This document shows, one piece after another, positions 59,553 through 64,000 of a stretch of 64,000 nt of DNA. The stretch comes from an uncultured bacterium. GTDB taxonomy: Bacteria; Verrucomicrobiota; Kiritimatiellia; PWTM01. The stretch lies in assembly GCA_900661335.1 (NCBI GenBank), contig CAACVY010000001.1:61379-125378 (forward strand), written 5' to 3'. A program made the position numbers and the translations under genes. Below the pieces are notes generated by a model. That model was not told the DNA's origin, did no database searches, and saw only the letters and a program-made list of their open reading frames with translations. The stretch's first letter is position 1, and each line of letters starts with the position of its first letter.

Positions 59553-59638
59553 CGCCGGAGTGGCGAAATGGCAGACGCAGCAGACTCAAAATCTGCCGCC
59601 CGCAAGGGCGTGGGGGTTCGACTCCCTCCTCCGGCACC
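59553..59638 (+). tRNA. tRNA-Leu (anticodon CAA), long variable arm
   Basis: GCCGGAGTGGCGAAATGGCAGACGCAGCAGACTCAAAATCTGCCGCCCGCAAGGGCGTGGGGGTTCGACTCCCTCCTCCGGCACCA. Confidence 0.85.
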
Positions 59639-59717
59639 ATAGTTTTGAGGTTCGTTCCGTCTAGCATCCAGCCCGCTAGTGGAACGAGCCGCGTAACGAC
59701 CGGCGAGGGGCGTGCGC

Positions 59718-60614
59718 TCATTGGATCCACAAGAGGAGTGCAACACCGGTGCATGCGACCAGGGCGCCGACGATCGCGCGTACGCCGATCCGTTCGCGGT
59801 CAATCCAGTGGCTGACGGGCAGGATCAGAACTGGTGAGGTCGACGTCAACGTTTGGGCGATCCCGGCAGGAATTTGGGCCAATGCGTACAAAACGAGCGT
59901 GACGCCCACCAATGGGCCGGCCAACGCACCCACGAGCACCGCGATCATTGCGGTTCGGTCAGCCACCGCTCGCCGAAGACGTCGCGGGTCTTCTCTCAGA
60001 ATGGCCAACATTCCGAAGCAGACTGCGCCGCTTGTGATGCGGAGCACGGAGGCAGACCATGCACCCGGTAGAGCAGGCACGCCATGCCGAGCCAACACCA
60101 TCGCAATAGCTTGGGCTACCGCGCCTCCGAGAGCGAGAAGATACCCACGCAGACGGTAGTTGGGGACATTCTGTCGCTCTGTCCTAGAAGCGACGACCAT
60201 CGCAATACCGGCAACAGTTACGCTCATCGACAGCCACTGCCGTACGGTCCAATGCTGATGAAGCGCGATGGCTTCTAGGACCGCGGTCAAGGGCGGGACT
60301 AAGGACATGAACAGAAGGCTACGCCGCGGGCCGATGTCCACGAATGCACGGAATAGACAAAGGTCACCGAGAAAGTACCCGACGAAGCCCGAGGCAAGCA
60401 GGTCTCTCCATGCCCAAGCAGGGGCTCCGACCGGCCACCAGGATCCATAGAGTGCTCGATGCGCGCACAAGACCGCCGGCCATGCGAGTGCGAACCGCAG
60501 GATATTGACCGGCACCGATCCGATGCGGCGTCCGGCCAGTGAAAACGCCGTGGCGCTCACTGTCCAGCACGCCGCCGCAGTGATCGCCGCCAAATGTCCC
60601 GAAATATCACCCAT
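59718..60614 (-). CDS. EamA/DMT-superfamily transporter
   Basis: Ten predicted TM helices and two EamA-like halves. Confidence 0.7.
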   Translation of the reverse strand: MGDISGHLAAITAAACWTVSATAFSLAGRRIGSVPVNILRFALAWPAVLCAHRALYGSWWPVGAPAWAWRDLLASGFVGYFLGDLCLFRAFVDIGPRRSLLFMSLVPPLTAVLEAIALHQHWTVRQWLSMSVTVAGIAMVVASRTERQNVPNYRLRGYLLALGGAVAQAIAMVLARHGVPALPGAWSASVLRITSGAVCFGMLAILREDPRRLRRAVADRTAMIAVLVGALAGPLVGVTLVLYALAQIPAGIAQTLTSTSPVLILPVSHWIDRERIGVRAIVGALVACTGVALLLWIQ

Positions 60615-60844
60615 ATCCGCATGATTCCAGACAGCTCGACCACTCACAAACCAATCTTGTGGCGTGTGGAAATGCGAGTGGGCTTGGCTGGCACGATCGA
60701 GTGCGGATGCAACTGGCTGTGGTGGATGGGCGCACGCGCCACCCGAGACGACGTCACCCCGCTGGAGTTTCAGCCATCCACATGAAGGCTTGAGTAATCA
60801 TGCGCGGCGATCTAAAGTACGGCAAAGGCGTCGGAGGATCGAAA

Positions 60845-61726
60845 ATGAAGCGGCGAAACTTTTTGCGAACAGGGGCCATGGGTGCGGCGATCATGGCCAT
60901 GTGGCGTAGAGCGGCCCGGGCCGAGGTGGCCTTGGCGGCCAGTTCGAGCGCGAATACACTCCGGCTGGGAATCGCGGGCTATACATTCCGGAAATTTTCG
61001 TTGGACGATACGCTTCCCATGCTACGGCAGCTCGCGGTGCGGTATCTCTGCATCAAAGATTTCCACCTGCCTTTGACGGCCACCACGGAGGACATCGATG
61101 CGTTTCACCGCAAATGTCGCGAGTATGGTGTAACAGGATACGCGGTCGGGCCCATCTACATGGGCACAGAGGCCGAGGTGGATCACGCGTTCGAGTATGC
61201 CCGCCGTGTGGGTGTGAAACTCATCGTAGGTGTTCCGTATCGTCTGGACGGCCAACGGCGCGTGGAGTCTCCCGAGCTTCTTCGGTACGTAGAGCAAAAG
61301 GTTCGCCAGTACGACCTTCGGTACGCGATCCACAACCATGGCCCGGACGATTTGCCCTATCCGACGGGACGCGCGCTCATGCAGTTGATCGGCCCTCTCG
61401 ACCGGCGAATCGGCATTTGCTTGGACGTCGGGCATAACCTGCGGGCAGGGGTGGACCCAATCGAGGATTTGGAGAAGTTTGGCGACCGTGTGTATGACTT
61501 GCACCTCAAGAATGTCACGGCCGCGGATAAGACAGGCAAAACTGTCGAACTGGGACGAGGTTTGATTTCCATTCCTGACCTCGCTCGAACATTGCTGAAA
61601 ATTGGCTACAACGGCGTTTGCAGCCTCGAGTTTGAGAAGGATCCCGACAATCCTTTGCCCGGCGTGGCGGAGTCCATCGGGTACTTTCGCGGCGTGCTCG
61701 CTGCGCTGGGCGCCAGCGCCGAATAA
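60845..61726 (+). CDS. Tat-signal sugar phosphate isomerase/epimerase (xylose-isomerase-like TIM barrel)
   Basis: MKRRNFLRTGAMGAAIMA twin-arginine signal. GGAGGA Shine-Dalgarno 7 nt upstream. AIHNHG...GICLDVGH. Confidence 0.7.
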   Translation: MKRRNFLRTGAMGAAIMAMWRRAARAEVALAASSSANTLRLGIAGYTFRKFSLDDTLPMLRQLAVRYLCIKDFHLPLTATTEDIDAFHRKCREYGVTGYAVGPIYMGTEAEVDHAFEYARRVGVKLIVGVPYRLDGQRRVESPELLRYVEQKVRQYDLRYAIHNHGPDDLPYPTGRALMQLIGPLDRRIGICLDVGHNLRAGVDPIEDLEKFGDRVYDLHLKNVTAADKTGKTVELGRGLISIPDLARTLLKIGYNGVCSLEFEKDPDNPLPGVAESIGYFRGVLAALGASAE

Positions 61727-61872
61727 GGCGGGCTCGACCACGCGCTAGGCGGGAAGGCTCAGGGGCTCGTCCGGGCGTATGCCCGCGTGCTCCGCGTCTC
61801 CGTGAGCGACGCGCGACCGACTCGGCCTGCTGGAAACCCGCCCTGTGATCTCCGTGAGCCCGGGCGGGTGCG

Positions 61873-62211
61873 TTAGCCGGGGGCTCGTCCTCGAATCATG
61901 ATAAGCAGCATTTTGAACCGTTGCCGTGCACGGACGGAATGCGGGACGTTGGCCGGCATGATCAGAAGTTCTCCCGTTCGAACCTTGTGCACGACGCCCC
62001 CCACGGTGAATTCGCCCTCACCCTCGATGACTAGGATCGTGGCGTCATAGGGCGCCGTGTGCTCGCTAAGCCCTTGACCTTCGTCGAAGGCAAACACGGT
62101 GAGGGTTCCGGCAGGGGTGTCTACCAGCGTGCGGCTGACCACCGCTCCGGCGCCGTACTCGACTAGCCTACGAAGGTCCAAGGTTCGGTTCTTTAAATCG
62201 GTTGCGTTCAT
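61873..62211 (-). CDS. cupin-domain protein
   Basis: 112 aa, with a cupin His motif SEHTAPYD...ILVIEGEG...PANVPH. Confidence 0.6.
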   Translation of the reverse strand: MNATDLKNRTLDLRRLVEYGAGAVVSRTLVDTPAGTLTVFAFDEGQGLSEHTAPYDATILVIEGEGEFTVGGVVHKVRTGELLIMPANVPHSVRARQRFKMLLIMIRGRAPG

Positions 62212-63041
62212 ATCATCCCTTTCTTCTCGCAGACGGGCTCAACGATTCGCTCTGTGGCGATCACTTCGCCGTCTAGGCTCAACGTCACTTCGTCCAATGC
62301 CAAGTCGTCCCGACCGCTGGTGCGGACAGCCTCTTCTGCGATGGCGGTCAGCCCACCGCAGCACGGGACCTCCATTCGTGCGACCACGACCCTTGGGATC
62401 GTTGGCTCGCGCAAGATCGCGGCCAGTTTAGCGGGGTAGGGCTCAGTGCGGTCAAGCTTCGGGCAGGCCACCACCACCGCTCGCCCTCGGAGAAACCGCC
62501 AGTGGACATCCGCGGAGGCCACAGGGCCGCAGGTGCTCATGACGACCAGTTCTCGATTCTGGAAAAACGGTGCGCCAGGCATCACCAGATGGAGTTGCAC
62601 TGGCCATTGTCGGAGTTCCGAGGGCAAGATTCGTCCCGGCAGACCCTCGCTTGTCACAGGTTGGGTCGGCGCAACGGGGGTCTCCGGCACTCGCATTCGG
62701 GTGCCGGGACAGCCCGCCAACAAGGGCGGCGATCCATGGATGCCTTGAGAGTGGCGGAGTGCGGCTTCGTCAAAACGGCGGACCGCCTCTACGCCGCCGA
62801 GTCGGGCTACGTGGGCGCGGGCAGCGATGGGGTTGTAATCCGGCACGTCCCGATCGACAACCTTCAGCGCACCAGTGGGACACTCGCCGATGCAATCCCC
62901 GAAGCCGTCGCAGAAATCTTCGCGCACCAGCTTCGCCTTGCCGTTGACCAACTGCAAAGCGCCCTCCGCGCACGCGGTGATACACTCCCCGCATCCGTTG
63001 CAGAGGGCTTCATCGATCTCGATGACCTTTCGCGTGACCAT
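62208..63041 (-). CDS. 4Fe-4S dicluster ferredoxin-domain protein with a Cys-rich C-terminal domain
   Basis: CNGCGECITAC and CDGFGDCIGECP ferredoxin motifs, and a C-terminal ...CPKLD...PCCGG. The start is uncertain by about +/-9 nt. The listed ORF begins at a TTG. Confidence 0.55.
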   Translation of the reverse strand: MVTRKVIEIDEALCNGCGECITACAEGALQLVNGKAKLVREDFCDGFGDCIGECPTGALKVVDRDVPDYNPIAARAHVARLGGVEAVRRFDEAALRHSQGIHGSPPLLAGCPGTRMRVPETPVAPTQPVTSEGLPGRILPSELRQWPVQLHLVMPGAPFFQNRELVVMSTCGPVASADVHWRFLRGRAVVVACPKLDRTEPYPAKLAAILREPTIPRVVVARMEVPCCGGLTAIAEEAVRTSGRDDLALDEVTLSLDGEVIATERIVEPVCEKKGMI

Positions 63042-63425
63042 TATGCACCTCACATTCCGCCACCAACATACACGGCCCTCGCGAATCGAGCCTTGACCGA
63101 AATCAAGAACAGACTTATTTGGGGGACGGACACAAGGGTGGCGAGCGAAGACCTGGCTTTTTCGCAGGCGTTTTGGCAAAACGAGTGACGCGTCAACGAG
63201 GAAGGACGGCCCCGTCCAATCCTCCCGGCCGTTTCGGAGCTTTTGGACTGGCTAGTATGCGGCTTTGAAAAATCAATCCGCCCGATTGCCGCGGCAGCGC
63301 CCATGGACTCGCCGATTCGACCTCTTACATGCAATGCGAAGCAAAGCCATGGACATTACGCCGGACGCTTCACGAAGGCGCGCTCTGACCAAATCGCTTT
63401 CGTTTACTTGGGCATAGAGCGCGCT

Positions 63426-63460
63426 TGACACCCATCTCAGAGCGGTGCTATTAAGGACCT
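63426..63460 (+). promoter_or_regulatory. sigma70-like promoter for the downstream secreted-protein gene
   Basis: TTGACA - 18 nt - TATTAA, about 60 nt upstream of ATG 63521. Confidence 0.4.
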
Positions 63461-63520
63461 AGATCTTTTCAGGGGAGAGAGACTGTGCTGTGAATGGGCG
63501 AGGCCGAGAAAGGGGCGAGC

Positions 63521-64000
63521 AATGAAAACTCACCGTTGGATCGTCGCCCTTCTGTTCGGTGCACTTGCACTGCAACTGTGGGCGGGACCTGTAATTAGTT
63601 ACCAAGGGATGGTGAACGTGGCTGGGACTCCCTTCAACGGGGTCGGATATTTCAAGTTTTCCTTGCGCGGGCCAGGCGGCGAGGGACTATGGAACCATGA
63701 TGGTTCGCCGCCCGCGGGTGCCCCTGTCGGGGTACTGACCGTGAGCGTCCAACGAGGCCTTTTCCACGTTCCGTTGGGCGATACGGGCATGCGGGGAATG
63801 TCCCCCATTGCTCCACTGACGTTGCACGCGCCTCAGTTGTGGTTGCGTACGTGGTTTTCTACGAACGGCACGATTTTTGAACAGCTGGTGCCCGACGTGC
63901 CCCTGCGCATTCCCGATTGGTCCCAGTTCAATAGCGGCAGCCTCCTCGTAGCTGGGAACGCCGGCGATGCCGTGTCATTGTCCGAGGCGCTGAACTACAT
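63521..64000 (+). CDS. secreted hypothetical protein (partial, continues past window end)
   Basis: ATG at 63521, signal peptide MKTHRWIVALLFGALALQLWAG, an open frame to the window end, and a GAGGCCGAGAAAGGGG purine-rich Shine-Dalgarno region. It is not in the ORF track because it has no stop. Confidence 0.5.

Overview
This is a 64-kb high-GC (about 62-65%) bacterial chromosomal segment, apparently from a PVC-type organism (Planctomycetes/Verrucomicrobia-like). The guess rests on Tat-signal Gfo/Idh/MocA and xylose-isomerase-like proteins, GH127/PL11 carbohydrate-active enzymes, GspA/ExeA-like genes, long intergenic spacers and a high-GC non-A-tract hairpin after one gene. I count about 55 protein genes and 3 tRNAs (Lys-CTT, Gly-TCC, Leu-CAA). 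There is one clear TPP riboswitch in front of a Thi4-type thiazole synthase. I found no CRISPR arrays, transposases or rRNA genes. Most of the window is core metabolism: a hemY-like oxidase, coaBC, pyrH-frr, asd and a leuB-like gene, a deoA-punA-cdd nucleoside-salvage operon, an exbB-exbD-tonB cluster, psd-pssA, and a lipid-A cluster (lpxI, a Gfo/Idh/MocA oxidoreductase, lpxB) headed by a Ser/Thr kinase. The items worth a second look are listed here. (1) A three-gene operon: a large secreted protein with an internal tandem duplication, then a SagB-type dehydrogenase, then an HExxH metallopeptidase. (2) An orphan corrinoid-protein/RACo pair with no methyltransferase nearby. (3) A lone AmmeMemoRadiSam-type radical SAM gene translationally coupled to cdd. 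(4) An approximately 1.45-kb stretch (52170-53617) with no credible ORF and slightly lower GC. (5) Several other long ORF-free spacers (7330-7960, 36730-37300, 49830-50590) that could hold ncRNAs. Most long ORFs in the six-frame track that overlap these genes on the opposite strand are high-GC artefacts.
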